From Bradymonadia bacterium (lineage in GTDB: Bacteria; Myxococcota_A; Bradymonadia; UBA7976; UBA1532), in NCBI GenBank assembly GCA_046290225.1, contig JBKAGE010000048.1, positions 25,304-89,303 of the forward strand: a stretch of DNA of 64,000 nucleotides, written 5' to 3'. Position numbers and translations under genes: made by a program. This document shows, piece after piece, positions 1 to 9,267 of this stretch (position 1 is the stretch's first letter; every line of letters begins with the position of its first letter). The notes below the pieces were generated by a model. The model searched no databases, was not told where the DNA came from, and worked only from the letters and a program-made list of their open reading frames with translations.

Positions 1-7
1 ATCATCT

Positions 8-895
8 GTGATGAGATCTTTCTTCCGAGCCTGGCCTGTCCTCTCGAGGGCATGGCCTCTGACCGTGCTGGCGCTGTGTTGCTGGGCTTCGGTGTGCGCA
101 GCCTCGCCGAGTGAGGCGGCACGTCGCGACGACATGGCGCGGTTGGCGGGTCTCTATGTCGAAGGGCAACAACCCGATCGCGCCCTCGAACTCTATGGGC
201 GGCTCGCTGCAGAGGAGCCGGATCAGGTCGAGTGGTGGCGACTGCAAGCAGAGTTGCTCGAGCGCCAGCCGGCGCGTCATCAGGCGTACTTCGATGTGCT
301 CAAGCAGTGGTGGACTCACCATCGAGGTGATCTGGAGCCCGGTGAGCGGCTGGTGGACTACTACTTGAAGCACTCCACCCCTGCCCATGCCCTGAACATG
401 GTGAGCCGGGTGCATCGGCATCACCCGGATGCCATCGACGTCCTGCGACAGATGGCTCATCTTCAGGCCGTCACCGGTGACTCGGCGGCGGCGTTGAGCA
501 CCAGGGCGCAGATTGTACGACACCCTCAGCGCACAGCAGATGATCATCGCGAGCACCTCGAGGCCATGGCCACGGCAAAGCCGTCGATGAACCTTACCGA
601 GGCGTGGGCCGAGCTGCACCGGCGCTTCCCCCGTCATCCCGACATCGTCTACGGCTGGGCAGAGTCGCTGGTGAGCCACGGTCGTATGGATGTCGCCGCG
701 CCCATCGTGGAGCAGGGCTTGAGGCGTCACCCCGGTGAGGGGCGCTGGCGCGCGCTCAAGCGAGATATCGATGCTGAGCATGCAGAGGCCGCTCGGGCCC
801 GACTGAAGGTGGAGACCACCCGCCGACGCGATCGCACTGGCCGCCTCGATGCCGAGGCCCGCCGTCGGCGACTGCGCCTCTCGGAGGATTTCTGA
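8..895 (+). CDS. Secreted tetratricopeptide-repeat (TPR-like) protein, Pel-cluster associated
   Basis: Signal-peptide-like N-terminus (LTVLALCCWASVCAA), helical TPR-like repeats (ALELYGRLAAEEPDQVEWW), TGATG overlap with the next gene. Confidence 0.7.
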   Translation: MMRSFFRAWPVLSRAWPLTVLALCCWASVCAASPSEAARRDDMARLAGLYVEGQQPDRALELYGRLAAEEPDQVEWWRLQAELLERQPARHQAYFDVLKQWWTHHRGDLEPGERLVDYYLKHSTPAHALNMVSRVHRHHPDAIDVLRQMAHLQAVTGDSAAALSTRAQIVRHPQRTADDHREHLEAMATAKPSMNLTEAWAELHRRFPRHPDIVYGWAESLVSHGRMDVAAPIVEQGLRRHPGEGRWRALKRDIDAEHAEAARARLKVETTRRRDRTGRLDAEARRRRLRLSEDF

Positions 896-2076
896 TGGCG
901 CGGGGGCGCGAGCATACCCTGGGGCATTGGGCCTTCCTGGTCGAGGGGGCCGCCTTCATGGGGATCATGGTGATCCTCAACCTGAGTTTCGTCAGTGAGT
1001 CGCCAGGCTTCGCAGGGTGGAGCCCTCACCCCTATCTGCTGGTCATCTTGCTCATCACCGGGCGCTATGGCTTCACCTCTGGCGTACTCGTGGGCGCCCT
1101 CGCCAGCGCGATCTACTTCACCCAGCTGGTGGTGGGGGTCGATGTGGTGTCCTGGCGTGACTTCTTGTCGCTCGAATACGGGCAGCCCGTCATGATGATC
1201 ATGGCCCTGGCCTGTGTGCTCGGCATCATCATCGATCATCACCGTCAGCAGCTCTCCACCGCACAAGCCGCCCTCGCCGAGGCCGAGCATCGTCTCGAGG
1301 CGTTGACGAGTGATCATGCCTCTCTGAGGGCGGCGAACGTGGCCCTGGCAGATCGGGTCGTCGGCGCCGACGCCACCGTGCCGATCCTGTATCGCTACGC
1401 TCGACTGCTCAACTCCACCCAGCCCGAAGAGATCTACCGGGGCGTGCTCACCATCCTCGCCGAGGCCTTTCGGGCAGAGCGCGCGGCGCTCTACACCCTG
1501 GTGGATGGTCAGCCGGAGAAACTGGTGGGCACTGGCAGCGATCGCCCACCGTTGTGGAGCCACCTCGCCCGCGCGCTCACTCAAGGCGGCATGGTCACTG
1601 TGGAAGATCTACCCGGCCATGGTGAGGGGACCCCGCCATTGTATCTCGCAGGCAGCCTCCGTGAAGGCCTCGACGGGCCTGTGGTGGGGGTGCTCATCGT
1701 CGAGCAGATGCCCTTCATGAAATACAACCGCGCGGCGATCCGGCTGTTCCAGTCTTTGCTGGAGTGGGTGTCGAACAGCCTCGGGAACGCCGCTCAGCTG
1801 CAGCAATTGCCCATCGGAGCGCGTACTGCCTTCATCGAGGCGGCCCATCAACAAGGCCGCAAGATGGCCGAGCGGCTGCGGCGCGAAGGTGAGCTGACCT
1901 TGGAGAACATCTTCGAGTCGTGTGATCTCAGTGGCGGCGTCACCTCTGAGGTGAGCGCGAACATGTCCGACGTCGTCGACATCCTCGAGCATGATGTACC
2001 CCGCGGCGGTCACACTCAGCCCGATCTGGCACCCCTGCAGCACACCACTGGAGCACGTTTCGGAGAGCGGTCGTGA
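895..2076 (+). CDS. pelD: PelD-like inner-membrane protein (TM helices, coiled coil, GAF domain; no evident GGDEF-like domain)
   Basis: N-terminal TM segments with PHPYLLVILLITGRYG, coiled coil, GAF-like region ending VEQMPFMKYN; lies upstream of pelE/F/G. Confidence 0.7.
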   Translation: MARGREHTLGHWAFLVEGAAFMGIMVILNLSFVSESPGFAGWSPHPYLLVILLITGRYGFTSGVLVGALASAIYFTQLVVGVDVVSWRDFLSLEYGQPVMMIMALACVLGIIIDHHRQQLSTAQAALAEAEHRLEALTSDHASLRAANVALADRVVGADATVPILYRYARLLNSTQPEEIYRGVLTILAEAFRAERAALYTLVDGQPEKLVGTGSDRPPLWSHLARALTQGGMVTVEDLPGHGEGTPPLYLAGSLREGLDGPVVGVLIVEQMPFMKYNRAAIRLFQSLLEWVSNSLGNAAQLQQLPIGARTAFIEAAHQQGRKMAERLRREGELTLENIFESCDLSGGVTSEVSANMSDVVDILEHDVPRGGHTQPDLAPLQHTTGARFGERS

Positions 2077-3077
2077 AGGCTCTCGCTCTGGCGGTGGTGG
2101 GCGTCTTCGTCGAAGGGGCCATGGTGTTTCGTGCCGAGGGCATGCCGAACCTTACTGCAGGTGGAATCGCCTTTGTGCTCGGTCTGCACTTCGCCGCCGC
2201 TGTCTTGTGTGGTGAAGCGTTGAGGGCGCGCATGCACGCTCATCTCCCTGAAGGCGGGCTGTACGGGCTCGGCCTGGGCATGGCGCTCTTGATGCCTATT
2301 TTCGGTGTACTCGGCGTGCTCTCCATGGTGCTCGTGCCCCCACGACACACGACACGGCGCAAGGCCCTCGACACGCCAGAGCGGGCTCGGGCCCGAGCCC
2401 AACAACGCGCCAGGGATACGCGGAGAGCAGCCAAGTGGTTCACCGCCGATATCGAGGTCATCGCCGAGGCCCTCGACGATGCCGACGTGCAGCTGAGGCT
2501 CGGCGCCGTGGAGGCGCTGGCCCGTCGGACCGATCCCGAGGCTGTGCGGTTGCTGCAGCGCGCTCGGGAGAACGCCTCTTTCGAAGTGAGGTTCAGGGCG
2601 GTCTCCGCACTCGGCACGCTCGGGCTGCGGTACAGCCGCCGGATCGCCCAGGCTCGCCGGGCCCTCGAAGAGAGGCCCGCTGATCTCGACCTGCGGGTGG
2701 CTCTGGCGAAGCTGTATCTCGAGTATCACCGACTGGGCGTTGAGGATGCACAGGCTGGGCGCACCATGCTCGACGCCGCCAACGCGTTGTTCCAGCAGGT
2801 CTCCGAGCACCAGCGCTTGCCCGTGAGCGAGCTCGTCGACTGGGCGCGCTGCATGACGGAGCTGGGACGGCCTGCAGAGGCCTTCGAGCTGCTGTCTCAG
2901 CGAGAGCGGGCTGGTGATACCGCAGGTGAGTTGCTCGCCACCCTCGCGGAAATCTGCTTCCACCGAGGCGCACTGGACGAGGTGAGGCGGTACTCGAGAG
3001 AGGCTCTGGCCACAGGGGCGCTCAAAGCAGCCACCCGTGACACCTTACAGCACTGGGCAGAGGAGAGGGCGGCATGA
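2073..3077 (+). CDS. pelE: PelE-like membrane protein with HEAT/TPR repeats
   Basis: N-terminal TM helices with LLMPIFGVLG, HEAT repeats (ALDDADVQLRLGAVEAL), GTGA/ATGA overlaps, sits between pelD and pelF. Confidence 0.7.
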   Translation: MKALALAVVGVFVEGAMVFRAEGMPNLTAGGIAFVLGLHFAAAVLCGEALRARMHAHLPEGGLYGLGLGMALLMPIFGVLGVLSMVLVPPRHTTRRKALDTPERARARAQQRARDTRRAAKWFTADIEVIAEALDDADVQLRLGAVEALARRTDPEAVRLLQRARENASFEVRFRAVSALGTLGLRYSRRIAQARRALEERPADLDLRVALAKLYLEYHRLGVEDAQAGRTMLDAANALFQQVSEHQRLPVSELVDWARCMTELGRPAEAFELLSQRERAGDTAGELLATLAEICFHRGALDEVRRYSREALATGALKAATRDTLQHWAEERAA

Positions 3078-4612
3078 GTCATGACGCCCAGGTGGCAGAC
3101 GTTTGCCTCGTGGTGGAGGGCACCTACCCCTTCGTGCGTGGTGGGGTATCGAGCTGGGTGCACAACCTCATCAGCGGCATGCCCGAGCTGACCTTCTCGA
3201 TTCTGCTCATCAGCGCCGAGCGCACTGAGCAGGCGCCCAAATACACCCTGCCAGAGAACGTGCTCTCGCTGTGCGAGGTCTTCGTGCACGAAGCGGTGTT
3301 GCCTGGGGCGTCGAAGGTTCGACGTTGGGGCCGTGGCCGACAGAGGCGGGCGTTCTGGTCGAGCATCGAGCAGATGCATCGCTGCCCTGTGTCCGATCCG
3401 GCCTACTTCAAACACTTCGGTGCCGTGCTTGAGGGGATCTTGAGCCAGCAAGTGATCAGCACCAGCGACGCGCTGTTCTCTCGAGAGACGTGGCAGACGG
3501 TCTGCAAACGCTATGAAGCGCTGTGCCCCGAAGACAGCTTCATCGACTTTTTCTGGACCTGGCGGGCGGTGCACGCCCCCATCTTGCAGCTGCTCCACGC
3601 CGAGATCCCCCCAGCGCGGTGCTACCACCTCGTGAGCACTGGATACGCGGGCCTGCTCGGGGTGCTGGCCAAGATGCACACCGGCCGCCCCGTGCTGCTC
3701 ACCGAGCACGGCATCTATGTCCGGGAGCGGGCCATCGACATCGCCCAGGCAGACTGGATCTACGAGGAGCCGGTGCCCCTGAAGGCCGTGAGCAGAAGCC
3801 CCGGCGCGCTGAAAGATCTCTGGACCCGGTTCTTCGTGCGTCTGGGCGAGATGACGTATGCCGCCGCCGACGAGGTCTTCACTCTCTTCGAAGGCAACGC
3901 CCAGCTCCAACGTGAGCTGGGTTGCCCCGAGTCGAAGCTCTCGGTGGTGCCCAACGGAGTGCGGGTAGATGTCTTCGACGCGGTGCGCCATCAACCGCGG
4001 CCCAATGACGGCATTCTCCGGGTGGGCTTCGTGGGTCGGGTGGTGCCCATCAAAGACGTGAAGACCTTCGTCAGGGCCTGCGCGGTCGTCGCGCGGACTC
4101 TGCCGGAAGCTGAATTCTACGTGTGTGGCCCCCTCGACGAAGATCCGGTCTACGCCGCCGAATGCGAAGCCCTCAGCGAGAGCCTGGGGCTCCGAGGGCG
4201 TTTGAAGTTCACCGGCAACGTCGATGTGCGTGAGTGGTTCCCTTGTATGGACGTCTTCGTGCTCACCAGCATCAGCGAGGGGCAGCCGCTCACTGTGCTT
4301 GAGGCTGCCTGTGCAGGGGTGCCCACCGTGGCCAGCGACGTTGGTGCGTGCAGAGAGCTCATCGAGGGCCGCACCCCGGAAGATCGCGCCTTGGGGCATT
4401 CAGGCATCGTCACCGGCGTCGGTGATCCCGAGGGCACCGCTCGGGCCATCGTGGAGATCCTCACCGACGAGGGCAGACGGCAGGCCATGATCGAGGCTGG
4501 TGTCAATCGGGTGAGGCGCTACTACCGCCAGTCCGGGGTGATCGACACCTATCGGCGCATCTATGGGCAGTGGTGTCACGTGGCCACCCTCGAGCCGGCG
4601 AAGGCAGGGTGA
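3074..4612 (+). CDS. pelF: Pel polysaccharide GT4 glycosyltransferase
   Basis: EGTYPFVRGGVSSW, STGYAG, LTEHGIYVRER, GRVVPIKD and SISEGQPL motifs typical of PelF. Confidence 0.93.
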   Translation: MSHDAQVADVCLVVEGTYPFVRGGVSSWVHNLISGMPELTFSILLISAERTEQAPKYTLPENVLSLCEVFVHEAVLPGASKVRRWGRGRQRRAFWSSIEQMHRCPVSDPAYFKHFGAVLEGILSQQVISTSDALFSRETWQTVCKRYEALCPEDSFIDFFWTWRAVHAPILQLLHAEIPPARCYHLVSTGYAGLLGVLAKMHTGRPVLLTEHGIYVRERAIDIAQADWIYEEPVPLKAVSRSPGALKDLWTRFFVRLGEMTYAAADEVFTLFEGNAQLQRELGCPESKLSVVPNGVRVDVFDAVRHQPRPNDGILRVGFVGRVVPIKDVKTFVRACAVVARTLPEAEFYVCGPLDEDPVYAAECEALSESLGLRGRLKFTGNVDVREWFPCMDVFVLTSISEGQPLTVLEAACAGVPTVASDVGACRELIEGRTPEDRALGHSGIVTGVGDPEGTARAIVEILTDEGRRQAMIEAGVNRVRRYYRQSGVIDTYRRIYGQWCHVATLEPAKAG

Positions 4613-4615
4613 GCC

Positions 4616-6091
4616 ATGGCAGGCATCGGCTTCAGTTTGCGGCGTCTCATGGCACCGGGCACCTACAGCGCCTACGCCAAGGCCTATGTCTACGCCGCCC
4701 TCGTGGGGACGGGGCCGTGGTTGCTCAGCGTGGTCTGCCTCGCCCTGCTCGGTGCCTTCGCCGTCGATCCCGACGACTTCGCGACGCGGCAGATCTTCGC
4801 CAGCACTGTGGTCTACGTGTTCGGCGGCACCCTGGTGATCACCGGACCGCTCCAGATGGTGGTGACCCGCTACCTCGCCGATCTGCACTACACCGGTGAC
4901 ACCACCCGCATCGGTGAGACCTTCCTGCCCGTGTTGTGCATCACCGGAGGGCTGGTGGCGTTGTGTGCCGTGCCTTTCTTCGGCCTCGCTGATGTCTCTG
5001 TGCTCTATCGACTCGGTGCCATCGCCCTGGCGGTCATCATCGGCTGCACATGGCAGGTCATGGTGTTCCTCACCACCGGTGGCCACTATCGCGTGGTGGT
5101 GGCGGTCTTCGCCGTGGGTACGGTGGTGAGCACCGTGGCGAGCATCTTCGGCGGTGAGCGATGGGGCCTCGAGGGCTATCTGCTCGGCTACACCCTCGGC
5201 CAGGCGGTGATTTGCGTGGCTCTGGTACGCCACGTCCTGAGCCGCTTCGGCTACCCCCAGAGGCCCGACTTCGGATTTTTGGGCCACTGTCAGCGATACC
5301 CGGCGCTGCTGGCCCTGGGCTTCACCTACAACCTGGCCATCTGGGTGGACAAGTTCATGTTCTGGGGGGCCGATCTGCCCGAGGCCTTCATGAACAACAC
5401 CATCGCCGGGCACCTCGCCACAGCGCCAGCATACGACAGCAGCATGTTCATGGGGTTCCTCACCGTGATCCCCGCCCTCGCCCACTTTCTGCTGGTGGTG
5501 GAGACCGAGCTGGCAGAGCGCTTTCATCAGTATTACGACGCTGTCTGCTTCAAGCACCCGCTCGAAGAGATCGAGGCCGCCCGGCAGGCGCTCACCCGGC
5601 AGGTGGCGCTGGCCTTCGGCGGCATCTTGAAGGTGCAGGCCTTGTTCACAGGGCTCTGCCTGTGCCTCGCGGAGCCGATCCTGAAGATCTTCGAGATGCC
5701 CTACAGCCAGGTGGCGCTGTTTCGGTACGCCTGCTTCGGGGCGCTGCTGCTCAGCTTCATCATGTTCACCATCGTCACCCTGCTCTACATGGATCGTCGT
5801 CGAGACGCGTTGATGTTAGCGGTGCTGTTCCTGAGCACCAACGTCATCTTCACCGGGGCGACCCTGTACACAGGCTTCGCGTACTACGGCATCGGCTTCG
5901 CAGGCTCAGCATTGATCACGTTGGCGGTGGGCCTCGCGATCCTCTTCAGGCGTCTCGAAGATTTGTCCTTCATCACCTTCGCCGGCACGCCACTCAACGG
6001 CCAGCGGCGCCTGAAGCGAGGGCACCTCGCCCGACAAGATGGAGGTGTGGGCCGTTATCACCCGATCCATCGCAGGCAGGAGGGCGCATGA
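4616..6091 (+). CDS. pelG: Pel exopolysaccharide transporter
   Basis: MAGIGFSLRRL start, GPWLLS, TRYLAD and WVDKFMFW motifs, about 12 TM helices. Confidence 0.93.
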   Translation: MAGIGFSLRRLMAPGTYSAYAKAYVYAALVGTGPWLLSVVCLALLGAFAVDPDDFATRQIFASTVVYVFGGTLVITGPLQMVVTRYLADLHYTGDTTRIGETFLPVLCITGGLVALCAVPFFGLADVSVLYRLGAIALAVIIGCTWQVMVFLTTGGHYRVVVAVFAVGTVVSTVASIFGGERWGLEGYLLGYTLGQAVICVALVRHVLSRFGYPQRPDFGFLGHCQRYPALLALGFTYNLAIWVDKFMFWGADLPEAFMNNTIAGHLATAPAYDSSMFMGFLTVIPALAHFLLVVETELAERFHQYYDAVCFKHPLEEIEAARQALTRQVALAFGGILKVQALFTGLCLCLAEPILKIFEMPYSQVALFRYACFGALLLSFIMFTIVTLLYMDRRRDALMLAVLFLSTNVIFTGATLYTGFAYYGIGFAGSALITLAVGLAILFRRLEDLSFITFAGTPLNGQRRLKRGHLARQDGGVGRYHPIHRRQEGA

Positions 6092-7149
6092 AGCACACCA
6101 TCATCTGTGCCGTGTTGTTGCTGGTGGCCCCTGCCCACGGCCAGGACGCCCCCTGGTCGGTCTTCGGTCAGGTGGGCGCCCTCACCGGTGGTACGAGCAA
6201 TCTGGAGCAGACCCAGGAGGGCAGCGGCGAGGCCCTGATGCAGATCGAGGGCTCGGCCTGGGCCCAAGGCTTCGACCGGCGCCTGCGTATCCAGGGCAAC
6301 GGCAGCTTCCGGCAGCCGCTGACCGGGGCGGAGCTGCGACAAGGGCGAGGACACCTGACGGTGGACTATGGCCACCCGCTGGCCGATGGCTTCGAGATCG
6401 GGGCGTCGAGCAGACTCGCCGCCACCGAGCAGGTCGTGCTGTTCAACGAGGCTGGGGTGCTCCCTCGGGGTCGATCACGCCGCAGCATCGGCGGCCGAAC
6501 GCGCCCCCGCGTGGCCTGGACTCAAGGCCCCTGGCGGCTCGAGGTCGACGCGCTGCTCTCACGGAAGGGGGTCTCCGGGGCGGATGACTTCCACTTCACT
6601 GATCTCGGTGGGGGTGGCGCCGTGCGCTGGTCCCAGTCACCTGATCTGTGGGTCCGGGTGTTCAGCGAAGGCTTCCAACGACAATTCGATCAGTTCCTCG
6701 CTCGCGATCGGTTCGGCGATTTTCGAGAGGAGAGTCCGACACTCTCGCTGGCCATGACAGACTTCGGTGTCGAGCTGGGCAGCGCCCCGGACGATGTGGT
6801 GCAGGTGAATGGCCGGCTGGTGGCTCGACGCACGTGGGACACCTTCGATGGTTTCCACAGCGGCTGGCGTGTGAGCGCCGAAGGGGGCCTGAGCTGGGTG
6901 CCGGAGCGCAGGCTCAACCTCGACCTGGGCGGCTGGGCGAGCCAGCGCACCTATCACCGACGCCAATCCTCACCGGGCGTGCCCACCTCGGAGTTCGAGT
7001 CCGGTGGCTGGCTGTCCATGGGCTGGCGCCTGCCCCGCGGGCTTATGCCCCAGGTGCGCTATGAGGCCAACGCGGCCTTCACGGATGTCGACGCGGCGCT
7101 GTATACGGAGCATGTGCTCTTGATGGGCGTACAGATGCTGATGCAGTGA
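6088..7149 (+). CDS. Putative outer-membrane beta-barrel protein
   Basis: ATG at 6088 overlaps the pelG stop; signal peptide (MKHTIICAVLLLVAPAHG); alternating hydrophobic/aromatic beta-strand pattern through to the C-terminus. Confidence 0.6.
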   Translation: MKHTIICAVLLLVAPAHGQDAPWSVFGQVGALTGGTSNLEQTQEGSGEALMQIEGSAWAQGFDRRLRIQGNGSFRQPLTGAELRQGRGHLTVDYGHPLADGFEIGASSRLAATEQVVLFNEAGVLPRGRSRRSIGGRTRPRVAWTQGPWRLEVDALLSRKGVSGADDFHFTDLGGGGAVRWSQSPDLWVRVFSEGFQRQFDQFLARDRFGDFREESPTLSLAMTDFGVELGSAPDDVVQVNGRLVARRTWDTFDGFHSGWRVSAEGGLSWVPERRLNLDLGGWASQRTYHRRQSSPGVPTSEFESGGWLSMGWRLPRGLMPQVRYEANAAFTDVDAALYTEHVLLMGVQMLMQ

Positions 7150-7286
7150 GCCTGCAAATGTGCAGCTCGCCCCTGCAACGTTGAGCGTTGAAGTTCCCCG
7201 CACATCCGTCAAACTGGCATTACATCGAAAGTTTCAACAGTGATCTCAACGCGGTGTCTATCAGAGACACCAGGGAGACGTGCGCC

Positions 7287-7799
7287 ATGCCTGCCCTGAC
7301 CGTGAGCCGGGAGATGCCATTCGCAGCCGAGAAGGCCTGGTCCCTCATCGACGATTTCTCCAACACCTGGATCTATCACCCTGTGGTGAAACACTCCCAA
7401 TGCACGAATGGCACTCCGCAAGGCCTCGGCGCACGGCGACAATGCACCATGTACTCCGGAGGCACCGTCGAAGAGCAAGTGGTGCGTCACGACGCCGAGG
7501 CCATGACCACTCACATCGAGGTGGTGGTCTTCGGGCCGTTCCCGCTGACCCACATGGGCGTCACCATCGAGGTCGATGCGCTGGCCCCTGATCACTGCGC
7601 GGTGCGCTACATCGCCGACTTCACCCCCAAGTTCGGCCCGCTGGGGTGGGTGATGGGCCACGTGGCCATGAAGCCCAACTTCAAGAAGATGCTCACTCAG
7701 CTGCTCGCAGGCATCGAGGCTCATCTCGAGAGCGGCCGCGTGGTGGAAGAGGGTGGTACCCTGGGTGAGACCTTCGAGCAGAGTATGCTCGCTGCCTGA
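7287..7799 (+). CDS. SRPBCC/polyketide cyclase family protein
   Basis: AWSLIDDF..W.YHP, GLGARRQC and PKFGPLGWVMG patterns; GGGAG RBS before ATG 7287. Confidence 0.8.
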   Translation: MPALTVSREMPFAAEKAWSLIDDFSNTWIYHPVVKHSQCTNGTPQGLGARRQCTMYSGGTVEEQVVRHDAEAMTTHIEVVVFGPFPLTHMGVTIEVDALAPDHCAVRYIADFTPKFGPLGWVMGHVAMKPNFKKMLTQLLAGIEAHLESGRVVEEGGTLGETFEQSMLAA

Positions 7800-7817
7800 A
7801 CGGAGTACGAGAGGTCG

Positions 7818-8696
7818 ATGGCCAACTTCACGCTCGACAACTGGGACGACTTACGGCTGTTCCTCATCGCCGTGCGGGCAGGCTCGATCAGCGCCGCCGC
7901 TCGCTGGCTGAGCCTCGATCCCACCACGGTGAGTCGACGCCTGTCAGCCTTCGAGACGCATTCGGGGGTGAAGCTGTTCGAACGCCTGCGCGGGGGCATC
8001 GTGCTCACACCCGTCGGGGAGACGATCCACCGTCGGGCTGAGGCGGTGGAGATGCAAATCAACGCCATGGAGCGTGAAGCGGCGCGGAGCGAGATGGAGC
8101 TTGAGGGTGTGGTGCGCGTCACCCTGCCCGAGGTCTTCGCCTATACGATCTCCAAGGGTCTGCAGGACCTCTCCCGCCGGCTGCCGAGGGTCTCTCTCGA
8201 GATCCTCGGCAGCGAAACACTGCACAGTTTGTCAAAGCGCGAAGCGGACATCGCCTTGAGGGTGACGGATCAACCTCCAGAGCATCTCTACGGCCGCCGC
8301 CTCGGGCCTCTGGCCATCGCTGCATATGGCAGCGCCTCACTCGCTGGCCAGGGGGTGAAGTCTGCCCCCTGGGTGGGTTGGGCAGGATACGGCGACGATG
8401 AAGGGACGACGGGGCGCATGCGGTCCCGGCTCGGTGCCACTGGGCCCTACATACTCTATGTGAGCACCTACGGCTTGCTGATGCGCTTCATCAGAGACGG
8501 CGCTGGCCTCGCGGCTCTACCGTGCATTCTGTGTGATGGAGATCCGGATCTGATGCGCTTCTCCACGCCAGAGCTTCTGGAAGGGCAGCTCTGGCTGCTC
8601 ACGCACCCTGATCTCAAAGACGTACCTCGGGTGAAGGCGGTGATGCAGGCCATGGCTGGCTTGATCGATGGGCTACGGGCTGGGCTGATGGGATAG
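7818..8696 (+). CDS. LysR-family transcriptional regulator
   Basis: WDDLRLFLIAVRAGSISAAA HTH, TTVSRRL, READIALR, WLLTHPDL. Confidence 0.95.
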   Translation: MANFTLDNWDDLRLFLIAVRAGSISAAARWLSLDPTTVSRRLSAFETHSGVKLFERLRGGIVLTPVGETIHRRAEAVEMQINAMEREAARSEMELEGVVRVTLPEVFAYTISKGLQDLSRRLPRVSLEILGSETLHSLSKREADIALRVTDQPPEHLYGRRLGPLAIAAYGSASLAGQGVKSAPWVGWAGYGDDEGTTGRMRSRLGATGPYILYVSTYGLLMRFIRDGAGLAALPCILCDGDPDLMRFSTPELLEGQLWLLTHPDLKDVPRVKAVMQAMAGLIDGLRAGLMG

Positions 8697-8737
8697 AAGA
8701 ACGCGTAGAAGGTGAATAGGGCAGGCGCATGTGTTTT

Positions 8738-9229
8738 GGCTGAGCCTTTGTAGGCAGTCGTCGCTGCGCTCCGCCTGCGTAGGCAGCTCTGTCGGCCGGC
8801 CTTTGGCCCGCCTTGGAGCTGCGTACACGTCGGCACACTCGCTGGCGCGAGCAGGCCTCCGGGTAGGCAGGATCGCTCAATGCTGACGCATTGATTGCTC
8901 GCTCCCCTGCGTAAAAAGTCAGTTCTGGTGTGGTTCTGTGCTGCTTTCAACGCTGTTGGGGCTTGCGCCCAACGTTGAGACTCAGAGGCCTGCACGTTCG
9001 CGGCAGGTCGAATCCCGGTGGGGTTCAGCAACAAGATACAGAAGAAACTCTCTACGCAGGGGAGCGAGCAAGAAGGGCGAAGCCCTGAGCGACCCTGCCT
9101 ACCCGGAGGGGTTCCGCGTAAGCGGATGCCCGAACGTGTACGCGCCAGACGAGGCGCATCGAAGATGTGCCGAAGGCCGGGCGCCTACGCAGGCAGAGCG
9201 AAGCGATGACTGCCTACAAAGGCTCAGCC
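8738..9229. repeat. Large imperfect intergenic inverted repeat (~175-bp arms), REP/REPIN-like
   Basis: 8738-8759 GGCTGAGCCTTTGTAGGCAGTC pairs with 9208-9229; 8856-8879 pairs with 9086-9109; 8895-8913 pairs with 9053-9071. Confidence 0.85.
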
Positions 9230-9267
9230 CCTACACCCGTCTCTGTTCAGCTCTTTGAGACCGCCGA

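Noticed and set aside
5161..6087. N-terminal half of the 662-aa ORF
   Set aside because: Off-frame overlap with pelG; the signal peptide starts at 6088
7152..7165. CTGCA-N4-TGCAG palindrome as a LysR box
   Set aside because: The spacing does not fit T-N11-A and there is only one short copy; possible but unsupported
9001..9030. GGTCGAATCCCGGTGGGGTTCAGCA resembles a tRNA T-arm and 3' end
   Set aside because: No TTC loop, no proper T-stem pairing, no cloverleaf upstream and no CCA
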